A stretch of 32,000 nt of DNA from Peribacillus frigoritolerans (GTDB lineage: Bacteria > Bacillota > Bacilli > Bacillales > Bacillaceae): positions 1,206,796-1,238,795 of the forward strand of contig NZ_SMZY01000001.1 in NCBI RefSeq assembly GCF_004358755.1. Direction: 5' to 3'. Position 1 is the stretch's first letter; the number at the start of each line of letters is the position of its first letter. This document shows, in pieces, positions 8,148-14,825 of the stretch. The notes below the pieces were generated by a model. The model did no database searches and was not told the origin of the DNA. It saw only the letters and a program-made list of their open reading frames with translations. Both the position numbers and the translations under genes were made by a program.

Positions 8148-8565
8148 TTTAATTCGCATTGATCCGCTTTTTATTAGATTCATTCTCGTTGGAATCATGA
8201 ATACAGCTGCAGGATTATCAGCAATCTTCCTTTTACTGAATCTTTTTAACGCGGATTACTGGCTTTCAACTTTTTCGGGAAATATCATCGGGGCAGCTGT
8301 CAGCTATTATTTAAATCGTTCATTCACATTTTCAAATCAGACCAGCTTCAAAAAAAGTCTTCCGCGTTTTATAGTAGTAGTTATTGTGTGTTATGCTGCT
8401 GCATTTTCCTTTGGGAAAGCGGCAGCTGAATTCTTATATCTTTTATTACCACACTTTTTAATAATGACGGAAGATTTGCTTGCGGTCCTGCTTGGGACAG
8501 GTATATATACAATTTTAAATTTTTGGGGACAGAAATACTTTGTGTTCGGGATTAAACCTATTTAA
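8131..8565 (+). CDS. GtrA-family small membrane protein (putative flippase or accessory protein)
   Basis: 144 aa with four hydrophobic helices. It carries FIRFILVGIMNTAAGL and a terminal QKYFVF motif typical of GtrA-like proteins. It overlaps the GT2 stop by 17 nt, suggesting translational coupling. Confidence 0.8.
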   Translation: MRSEGNLIRIDPLFIRFILVGIMNTAAGLSAIFLLLNLFNADYWLSTFSGNIIGAAVSYYLNRSFTFSNQTSFKKSLPRFIVVVIVCYAAAFSFGKAAAEFLYLLLPHFLIMTEDLLAVLLGTGIYTILNFWGQKYFVFGIKPI

Positions 8566-8628
8566 TTGAAACCTTAAGCATTTCTAATAAAATGATGTTC
8601 CAACTAAAGAATATTTAAAGGGCAAAAA

Positions 8629-8657
8629 GTGTCCAGAGCTCTGGGTCACTTTTTTTG
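8629..8657 (+). terminator. Rho-independent terminator after the gtr-like operon
   Basis: GTGTCCAGAG pairs with CTCTGGGTCAC (one bulge), followed by T7. Confidence 0.75.
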
Positions 8658-8684
8658 TTTGTCGTTATTATGATTATCTAGTTA

Positions 8685-8709
8685 AACTATGATTTAAATT
8701 ATCATAGTT
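8685..8709. promoter_or_regulatory. Perfect 9-bp inverted repeat, operator-like
   Basis: AACTATGAT-TTAAATT-ATCATAGTT. Related half-sites recur at 8952-8972 and, inverted, at 9096-9113. Confidence 0.3.
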
Positions 8710-9146
8710 AAAAAAATTGTCCCCAGACGAAATCTAAGAAGAACCTGCGATTTTATCTTTCCTGAAAAAGAAACAAAATGTCTAAAGACTTAAATGAAAA
8801 TCAAAAATTTATCTATGGGGCAGGGACTGATCTGCTGAGCAGAAGTTTCGGCTTCAAGCTTAATGGTGAATCCCGGCAGAATGATGCAAAACCTCCAGAC
8901 ACATTAAACTTCCTTTGTCCAGAATGCTCAAATAGAATTAAAAATTAATAAAACTATGTTCTAAATAATCATTTATAAACCTATTTCACTCAGACCACAT
9001 TCCAAATATCCCTCAATAATGATACCTCTAAAAGTTTACAAAGGGGCAAAAGACTCATTTTTCAACGTAAAGCAGGTATTTTTCTAAAAACATTGAATTA
9101 TTAGAACATAATGCAACCAAAATATCTTCAGGAGGAGATGTTTCGA

Positions 9147-9515
9147 ATGGGTGAGAAAAGAAGTGCGAGCGGATTTTTATTAAAACAGAGAGCTTTTCTT
9201 AAACTCTATATGATCCGAATGACGGAACAGGATAAGCTGTATGGGTTAAAGCTGCTGGATGTGCTCCGTGATGAATTCAGAAGATATGGATACAGACCAA
9301 ATCATTCAGAAGTATATAAATCGCTGCATGAATTGATAGAAGACGGAGTATTGAAGCAGGTTAAAAGAAAGAAAGAGGGAATGAAGCTGCAGGAGGTCGT
9401 TTATTACAAGTTCGAGGATTATGAAAAAGCAAAGCTATATAAAAAACAGCTGAAGGCAGAGCTTGATCGGTGTCAAAAACTGCTGGATAAAGCTCTGCAG
9501 GATAATTATTCATAA
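9147..9515 (+). CDS. PadR-like winged-helix transcriptional regulator
   Basis: LYGLKLLDVLRDEF...YRPNHSEVYKSLHELIEDGVLKQVKRKKEGMKLQEVVYYKF matches the PadR wHTH pattern, followed by a coiled C-terminal helix. The start is uncertain: ATG 9147 lies 10 nt after AGGAGGA, and the track gives ATG 9111. Confidence 0.65.
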   Translation: MGEKRSASGFLLKQRAFLKLYMIRMTEQDKLYGLKLLDVLRDEFRRYGYRPNHSEVYKSLHELIEDGVLKQVKRKKEGMKLQEVVYYKFEDYEKAKLYKKQLKAELDRCQKLLDKALQDNYS

Positions 9516-9527
9516 AAGGGCTATTGG

Positions 9528-9558
9528 ATCAAATCTGGATACCAGGTTTGATCTTTAA
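9528..9558 (+). terminator. Hairpin (possible terminator or attenuator) after the PadR-like gene
   Basis: GATCAAATCTGG pairs with CCAGGTTTGATC (one G.U pair). Only a short TTT follows. Confidence 0.4.
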
Positions 9559-9627
9559 ATATGTTTGCAGCAGTTTCATGTTGGGTTATGATAGGAATAG
9601 ATTTCCGCAAATACAGGAGGACTGAAC

Positions 9628-10236
9628 ATGCTGCAAAAAACAATTAAAGCATATATTGAAAATCAAATAAATCATCAACCGCAAAATCAATCTATTGGCA
9701 TTTACAAACAAGAGAAAGAATATGCTGAGGCGCATGGACTTGTTCCTGAACAAATTAAACTAGTGGAAGAGAAAGCACAGTCTAGATTCAAAGATGCTTA
9801 TCTGGAGCGAGTTGATAAAGAAACAGAAGAATTGATTTCAGCTGAAAACCCATCTGAGTTTCTTCAGGAAAAAGTAAATTTCTTAAAAGCGAATCAAAAA
9901 GAGTTTGTTTATTTAGAATCTGATTGGTTTGACATTATTAAAATAGACGGCTTAACAATAGAGCATGATGACGTTTTTGGCACATATAAAGGACTGCTCG
10001 GTTTAAAACAGAAAAAGGCCGCCGGCAGCAGCATCCGAAATTGGTTTAATGAAAAGGCTGATGGAGAGACAACAAAATACCAGCTGCTTTTTAATGATAA
10101 AGACGGCTTATGGGATGTTAATTTTGATTGTGACCTCATTGAGGGTTTTCATGAAGATTTAACCTTGAACGAAGCATTTGAAAAGATCTATAGTTTTCTC
10201 TTTGAACTAGTGAAAGATTTGGAGAGCACTGTCTAA
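9628..10236 (+). CDS. Hypothetical soluble protein (202 aa)
   Basis: ACAGGAGG lies 7 nt upstream. The ORF is clean and has its own terminator. No motif recognised. Confidence 0.6.
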   Translation: MLQKTIKAYIENQINHQPQNQSIGIYKQEKEYAEAHGLVPEQIKLVEEKAQSRFKDAYLERVDKETEELISAENPSEFLQEKVNFLKANQKEFVYLESDWFDIIKIDGLTIEHDDVFGTYKGLLGLKQKKAAGSSIRNWFNEKADGETTKYQLLFNDKDGLWDVNFDCDLIEGFHEDLTLNEAFEKIYSFLFELVKDLESTV

Positions 10237-10250
10237 TAAGTATTTTATGA

Positions 10251-10280
10251 AGCCTGCAGAAATGCAGGTTTTTATTTTTA
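10251..10280 (+). terminator. Rho-independent terminator
   Basis: CCTGCA-GAAA-TGCAGG followed by TTTTTATTTTT. Confidence 0.75.
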
Positions 10281-10304
10281 GATTGAGGCGGGGTTGAAAG
10301 GGGG

Positions 10305-10790
10305 ACGAGGGTCTATGTTTCCTCTTTTTCCGGATTTGAACCGTATTGTGGAATCATACGGGGCCTATGTTTCCTCTTTTTCCAGATTTGAACCGTATTG
10401 TGGAATCATACGGGTCTATGTTTCCTCTTTTCCCGGATTTGAACTGTATTGTGGAATCATACGGGGTCTATGTTTCCTCTTTTTCCGGATTTGAATTGTA
10501 TTGTGGAATCATACGGGTCTATGTTTCCTCTTTTCCCGGATTTGAACCGTATTGTGGAATCATACGGGGCCTATGTTTCCTCTTTTTCCAGATTTGAACC
10601 GTATTGTGGAATCAAACAGGGTCTATGTTTCCTCTTTTTCCGGATTTGAATTGTATTGTGGAATCATACGGGTCTATGTTTCCTCTTTTTCCAGATTTGA
10701 ACTGTATTGTGGAATCAAACAGGGTCTATGTTTCTTCTTTTTCTGATTTTGCTCGATATTGTGGAATCATACAGCCCCTATGATTCCCAG
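10305..10790 (+). repeat. Spacer-less tandem array of a non-coding unit alternating 51 and 52 bp, nine full copies plus a degenerate tenth
   Basis: The anchor CTATG occurs at 10313, 10365, 10416, 10468, 10519, 10571, 10623, 10674, 10726 and 10778. Consensus unit: GGGTCTATGTTTCCTCTTTTTCCGGATTTGAACCGTATTGTGGAATCATAC(G). Each unit contains the inverted repeat CCGTAT-N9-ATACGG. Confidence 0.95.
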
Positions 10791-10816
10791 ATTCATAAAT
10801 TTAAAAATGGGCGTTC

Positions 10817-10843
10817 ACCCTTACTCATTTTGAACATATGTTA
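10817..10843 (+). promoter_or_regulatory. SigK-type promoter candidate upstream of the P-loop ATPase gene
   Basis: AC (10817-10818), 16-nt spacer, CATATGTTA (10835-10843), lying 27 nt before ATG 10870. Short motif match only. Confidence 0.3.
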
Positions 10844-10869
10844 GAAGAAAAGAGTGAGAGGATGATTGG

Positions 10870-11937
10870 ATGAGCGGAAAAGCTCTTCATTATTTTGCCG
10901 GAGGGAATACGGCTAAAGGTTATTTCAGCCTGTATGATTCTGCATTTAAGAATTTATCACGTGTGTTCATGCTTAAGGGCGGGTCAAGAGCCTATAAATC
11001 AGAATACATGAAATTGATTAGTGAATCATTCCTTGCAGCCGGACATTCTATTGAGTATTTACACTGTCCATCTAACAATGAGTGGCTCGACGGGTTCATT
11101 ATTCCAAGTGCCGGAACAGGAATCATAGATGATGCTGTGCCGGATATTCGCAGCCACATCCCGATAGAAAACCTTGAAGTGATTGTCATGAATAATGACA
11201 TGAAGCATCAATCTGCATATCATGATGCAATCGGACAGCTCACAGCTGACATTTCTTTTAAATTTCAGCAGGCATACGAAACGTTCGCAGCTTCGCTGAA
11301 AGCACATGATGACATTGAAGATATATATATAGCAAATATGGATTTTACTAAAGCGAATCAGTTATCAGCTGATCTTATCGACCTTTTCTATGGAGAAGAG
11401 AAGGCCGGCAAACCTTCTGTTGTTAACCACCGCTTCCTGGGCGCAGCTACACCTGATGGAGCAGTAGACTTTATTCAAAACTTAACAGAAGATATCGAAA
11501 AGCGGTATTTTATTAAAGGGAGAGCTGGGTCAGGCAAGTCCACGATGCTGAAGAAAATTGCAGCCGCCGGTGAAGAAAGTGGATATGATGTGGAAGTCTA
11601 TCATTGCGGATTTGATCCAAACAGCCTCGACATGGTCATACTGCGGGAATTAGGCATTGCGATTTTTGACAGTACGGCACCACATGAATATGATCCCGAT
11701 CGTCCAACGGATGAAATAATCGATATGTACGAAAAATGCATAACGGCTGGAACAGATGAAAGATTCGAGCCTGAAATTCAGAGAACAACTGAAGCTTATA
11801 AAGATAAAATGAAAGAAGCTATTTCTTATTTGGCAGAAGCAAAAGGGATGATGGATCAGCTGGAGGAGTTGAAAGGCGAAATGCCATCTTCATATTCAGT
11901 TGATTTATACAAAATAATCACAGAAGAATTAAATTAG
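10870..11937 (+). CDS. P-loop NTPase, PRK06851-like family (uncharacterised)
   Basis: N-terminus HYFAGGNTAKGYFSLYDS and Walker A GRAGSGKST at about residue 218. It also carries FDSTAPHEYDP. The family name is from memory. GAGAGGA lies 7 nt upstream. Confidence 0.75.
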   Translation: MSGKALHYFAGGNTAKGYFSLYDSAFKNLSRVFMLKGGSRAYKSEYMKLISESFLAAGHSIEYLHCPSNNEWLDGFIIPSAGTGIIDDAVPDIRSHIPIENLEVIVMNNDMKHQSAYHDAIGQLTADISFKFQQAYETFAASLKAHDDIEDIYIANMDFTKANQLSADLIDLFYGEEKAGKPSVVNHRFLGAATPDGAVDFIQNLTEDIEKRYFIKGRAGSGKSTMLKKIAAAGEESGYDVEVYHCGFDPNSLDMVILRELGIAIFDSTAPHEYDPDRPTDEIIDMYEKCITAGTDERFEPEIQRTTEAYKDKMKEAISYLAEAKGMMDQLEELKGEMPSSYSVDLYKIITEELN

Positions 11938-11943
11938 GAATGA

Positions 11944-11968
11944 AGAGAGCTAATGATTTTAGCTCTCT
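11944..11968. terminator. Hairpin between convergent genes
   Basis: AGAGAGCTA (11944-11952) pairs with TAGCTCTCT (11960-11968). There is no clear T-run on either side. Confidence 0.4.
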
Positions 11969-11970
11969 AG

Positions 11971-12327
11971 TTATGTCAGTTTTAAAAAACGGATAGGTGT
12001 ATCCAAATTAGATTGATCCCGGTAAGACCGGTAAGCTACTACCTTATGGTCTATAGTACGTACATCAAGCTGTAAAATCTCAGACCCCCTGGTTTCCAGC
12101 TTGTAATGAACATCACCCTGGTCCAATGTATAAAACGAAAAGGTCAGACCTAAAAGATGCTTGGTCCTTTTTACAGATTGGGGATGGAACCGGATGTAAG
12201 CTGCTAATTGTTCTATTGTAGCAGTTTGGGTTCCTGTCAGTGAATCGATTCGCTGTTTTACATATGCAGCCGCCTGAATTAGATTCATTTTCGTTCTATT
12301 TAGCATGTTAGAAAAATGAATATCCAT
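11971..12327 (-). CDS. Hypothetical protein (118 aa)
   Basis: AAAGGAG lies 7 nt upstream of ATG 12327 (MDIHFSNMLNRTK...). The track ORF extends to 12369 without an RBS. No family recognised. Confidence 0.55.
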   Translation of the reverse strand: MDIHFSNMLNRTKMNLIQAAAYVKQRIDSLTGTQTATIEQLAAYIRFHPQSVKRTKHLLGLTFSFYTLDQGDVHYKLETRGSEILQLDVRTIDHKVVAYRSYRDQSNLDTPIRFLKLT

Positions 12328-12394
12328 ATGGCTTCTCCTTTCATTATTGTGATCCGGAGAATTCATCATAGTTCGTTCTCCCGATCAGCTGAAT

Positions 12395-12574
12395 TTACTG
12401 ATTTTGATCCGGCTGTGCAGAAAATTGGTTATTTGTCCCTTGGCTGCTCATTCCAGTTAATTGCGGCATCATATTCTGAAGCTGACCTCCGCGGCCTGTC
12501 ATCAAACTGTATGCAGCTGCACCAATACCGATTGAAGCAATGATAGGAAGGATTTGGATATTATTTTTATTCAT
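12395..12574 (-). CDS. Small membrane protein (59 aa) with a Gln/Asn-rich tail
   Basis: MNKNNIQILPIIASIGIGAAAYSLMTG is one TM helix. GGGTGA lies 6 nt before ATG 12574; the track starts at TTG 12580. It is probably co-transcribed with 11971..12327. Confidence 0.5.
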   Translation of the reverse strand: MNKNNIQILPIIASIGIGAAAYSLMTGRGGQLQNMMPQLTGMSSQGTNNQFSAQPDQNQ

Positions 12575-12694
12575 TTTCAATCACCCGTTTCATAATTACT
12601 TTTTTAATGCAGTTATAGGTTCTGTCTTTTTCTAAAATCTAAAGCTAACAAATCCTTCCTGACACAGAATTTCTTTAAAGCGGCAAAATAGGAA

Positions 12695-12722
12695 TAGCCT
12701 CTCTTTTTACAAGAGAGGCTAT
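12695..12722 (-). terminator. Hairpin terminator downstream of the SASP-like ORF
   Basis: TAGCCTCTCT (12695-12704) pairs with AGAGAGGCTA (12713-12722). Confidence 0.5.
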
Positions 12723-12832
12723 GTTGCATTCATAAAGCAAATTTATAAAGTTTAGATGTCAGTAAACAGAAATCCTTTAAGAATTAATTAAAAAGGAAAG
12801 AAAGGGAAGGAGGCACCATTGCCCCCCGGTTT

Positions 12833-12976
12833 CTAAATTTTCGTATTGGATTTTTTAGCTCTATTCTCAAGCTCGCTTTTAGGTTCAGATGAAAACTCAG
12901 TATCTTTACCATGGCCCTGAGGATTCACGCTGGGTGCTGCTTTACCGCGATTTGATCCTGTAAATTTGCTGCTCAT
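12833..12976 (-). CDS. Small acid-soluble spore protein, SspL-like (47 aa); absent from the supplied track
   Basis: MSSKFTGSNRGKAAPSVNPQGHGKDTEFSSEPKSELENRAKKSNTKI. GGAGGTG lies 6 nt upstream. The C-terminal ELExRAKKSNTK motif matches my recollection of the SspL family. A CATATTA -10-like element lies upstream. Confidence 0.55.
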   Translation of the reverse strand: MSSKFTGSNRGKAAPSVNPQGHGKDTEFSSEPKSELENRAKKSNTKI

Positions 12977-13095
12977 TGCATTCACCTCCACGCATAATAT
13001 GCCCCTAAATAAAGGATTTAAAAAGCAGATTTTGGTGACCCTCGGAAAAACGTTCTTAAAAACGAATTATCTATTAATTCAAATATAGGAGGCCT

Positions 13096-13260
13096 ATGAT
13101 GAAAACGATCATTTCAAATAAAGAATTAGCATTTTTAGTCGATGCAGCGGCAAAATCTGATGTGTCAAAAGAAGATTTCAAGGTTTTCGTTCAATCAAAA
13201 AAGCTTGAAAGAGAAATAAAGGTCTACGTAAACGATAAATTTATGTCCTTACTTAAATAG
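13096..13260 (+). CDS. Small hypothetical protein (53-54 aa), absent from the supplied track
   Basis: AGGAGG lies 3 or 6 nt before the tandem ATGATG. Sequence: MMKTIISNKELAFLVDAAAKSDVSKEDFKVFVQSKKLEREIKVYVNDKFMSLLK. It is divergent from the SASP-like gene. Confidence 0.4.
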   Translation: MMKTIISNKELAFLVDAAAKSDVSKEDFKVFVQSKKLEREIKVYVNDKFMSLLK

Positions 13261-13583
13261 TTGGCTGTTTTTCTGAAGCTTAACAAATTAATTAAATCTC
13301 CTGTAAACTAAGTTCCATTTATTTTTTCTCACAAAAATGAAAATCCTTACAATTTATTTGGAAAAGGGTGCCTGGAAAGTTTATCCCAGATCTAAAGATC
13401 AGTTTCTAAAAACAGTTCATTTCATATATGCTGCCAAAGAACTCTCCTTTAATTCACATTTTCCTTCTGAATTTCTGTTAACCAACACTTCGTTTAATTT
13501 TATGGCCAAACATTTGAGGGTCACATGAAAAAAGACACCTATATAGACTATAAAGAATGAATAGGGAAGAAAGGAGAGAAAAA

Positions 13584-14364
13584 GTGTCCAATAACGACAG
13601 CCATCATGGTCAATCAAAGGCTTATTTAACGATTCCTTCAACAGGAAGTACTTCATATCAGGAATTCTTCCGTGTCAATTATATGTAAGACTATCTGAAA
13701 CACCAGCAGCAAGTAAATACTGAACTTTCACATGCAGTAAATGCCTTAAACAGCTTACTTCATGAGTCCAGAAAAGAGCAAAAGCAGCACTATCATGCTG
13801 TTTACCGGCAATTAGAAAAACAGGAAGCTGCGACATCACCGCTGCTGTCAAATATAGAAACACAGCAGTCTGCATCAAAAATATTGAGTGAACGACTAGA
13901 AATTATGGAAAATTCAAACACTGAAATGATGAGCAAATTAATAAGTGAAGGTCATGTAAGCCAGGCAATTATGTGATCAGCTCACATTGCAGGATCAGTC
14001 TATAAGAGAACTTTCAGGGAGATTTAAATCGTATGAGAGTTTGCAGGGGAAAATAATGGACCAGCTGGATTCGCATGCTGAACTTAAAGAACAGATTAAA
14101 AACAGGCTGGAACTGCAAGAGGTGTTTCATCAGAGTGTAATCGAGAGGATCAATCATCAAGAAGCTTTGACAGAGAAAATTTCAAGAGATATAGCTCACT
14201 TAAAATCTGTTATTTTTGAAAGGGTTTCTTATCTCGTTGAAAAAGCAGAAGCGAATTTCAAAATAACGAAAGAGTATATATTCAATCTTTTCACAAAGAG
14301 TGAATCTTTTAAAGAATATACGATGACAAAGCCTCAAAAGAAAAAGGATCTTTCAAACCTTTAA
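13584..14364 (+). pseudogene. Coiled-coil protein gene interrupted by an in-frame TAA and a frameshift
   Basis: GTG 13584 has AAGGAGAG upstream and reads 34 codons to TAA 13686-13688. The same frame stays open for 95 more codons without any start codon, up to TGA 13974-13976. Another frame is open from 13960 and carries track ORF 13987..14364. All three pieces have similar Q/E/L-rich heptad-like composition. Confidence 0.5.
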
Positions 14365-14392
14365 CAAAAAAAACCAACTGAAGTTGGTTTTT
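14365..14392. terminator. Bidirectional terminator between convergent genes
   Basis: A-run, AACCAAC-TGAA-GTTGGTT, T-run. Confidence 0.75.
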
Positions 14393-14398
14393 ATCATG

Positions 14399-14704
14399 TC
14401 ATGATTTATTTTTCCATTTATCAATCTCTTCCGTTACAACAAATGCAAGATCGTCATTTCCAAACAGGGAGAGTACACCAAGAAGTGTATCGTTTGAAAT
14501 TTCGCCAGCTTCCTCTTTGGATACAGTTAATTCGATTGCTTGCTTCAATTCATTATTTTCAGCCTGATTAGGATATGCGCGTCCATAAAGTTCTGCAGGG
14601 TCAAGATCATGATTGATGCACCATTGGGCAAAGACAAGAATCATCATTTGCTCGTCGCGCTGATAATTGCGGATGATTTGTTCTTGTGTCTCTTTAGAAT
14701 TCAT
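14399..14704 (-). CDS. Hypothetical acidic protein (101 aa)
   Basis: AAGGAG lies 9 nt upstream of ATG 14704 (MNSKETQEQIIRNYQRDEQMMILVFAQWC...). The track ORF's extra 14 codons lack an RBS. Confidence 0.55.
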   Translation of the reverse strand: MNSKETQEQIIRNYQRDEQMMILVFAQWCINHDLDPAELYGRAYPNQAENNELKQAIELTVSKEEAGEISNDTLLGVLSLFGNDDLAFVVTEEIDKWKNKS

Positions 14705-14825
14705 GTCAAAAAGCTCCTTACTATGTATCATTTCTATCCTTATCATAGCACAGGATTTTATGCTTGTAATGAAATAGCAAAAAGAGGCTTCATTAGGAAA
14801 CCTCTTCGCTTCTTGAGTTTAGCTG

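Noticed and set aside
8778-8948. A 56-codon ORF (MSKDLNENQKFIYGAG...FLCPECSNRIKN) in the long intergenic region.
   Set aside because: No convincing Shine-Dalgarno sequence (only GAAAAAG) and no recognised family. It is kept as a possibility but is not good enough to annotate. Conservation or Ribo-seq data would be needed.
10330-10345. A tRNA T-arm-like motif on the minus strand of each array unit (GGTTCAAATCC inside ACGGTTCAAATCCGGA), suggesting tRNA-derived or att-site repeats.
   Set aside because: Only a 3-bp stem flanks the TTCAAAT loop. Unit variants (CCAG, ACTG, ATTG) break it without compensation. No acceptor-stem or CCA-like continuation follows. It is most likely coincidental.
10294-10746. 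Four overlapping track ORFs (10294..10494, 10346..10597, 10449..10649, 10552..10746) encoding MFPLFPDLNRIVESYG-type peptides across the tandem array.
   Set aside because: They exist only because two of the three forward frames of the repeat unit lack stop codons. The 51/52-bp alternation changes the frame between successive units. No Shine-Dalgarno sequence precedes any of the ATGs, and the ORFs mutually overlap. They are treated as repeat artefacts.
10305-10790. Possible CRISPR array.
   Set aside because: The repeats are directly abutting with no unique spacers, the unit of 51-52 bp is longer than typical CRISPR repeats, and no cas genes are in the window.
13337-13878. Track ORFs 13337..13528 (+), 13417..13656 (-) and 13675..13878 (-).
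   Set aside because: None has an RBS. The two minus-strand ORFs are antisense to the better-supported disrupted coiled-coil gene, and the plus-strand ORF lies in its promoter region with odd composition.
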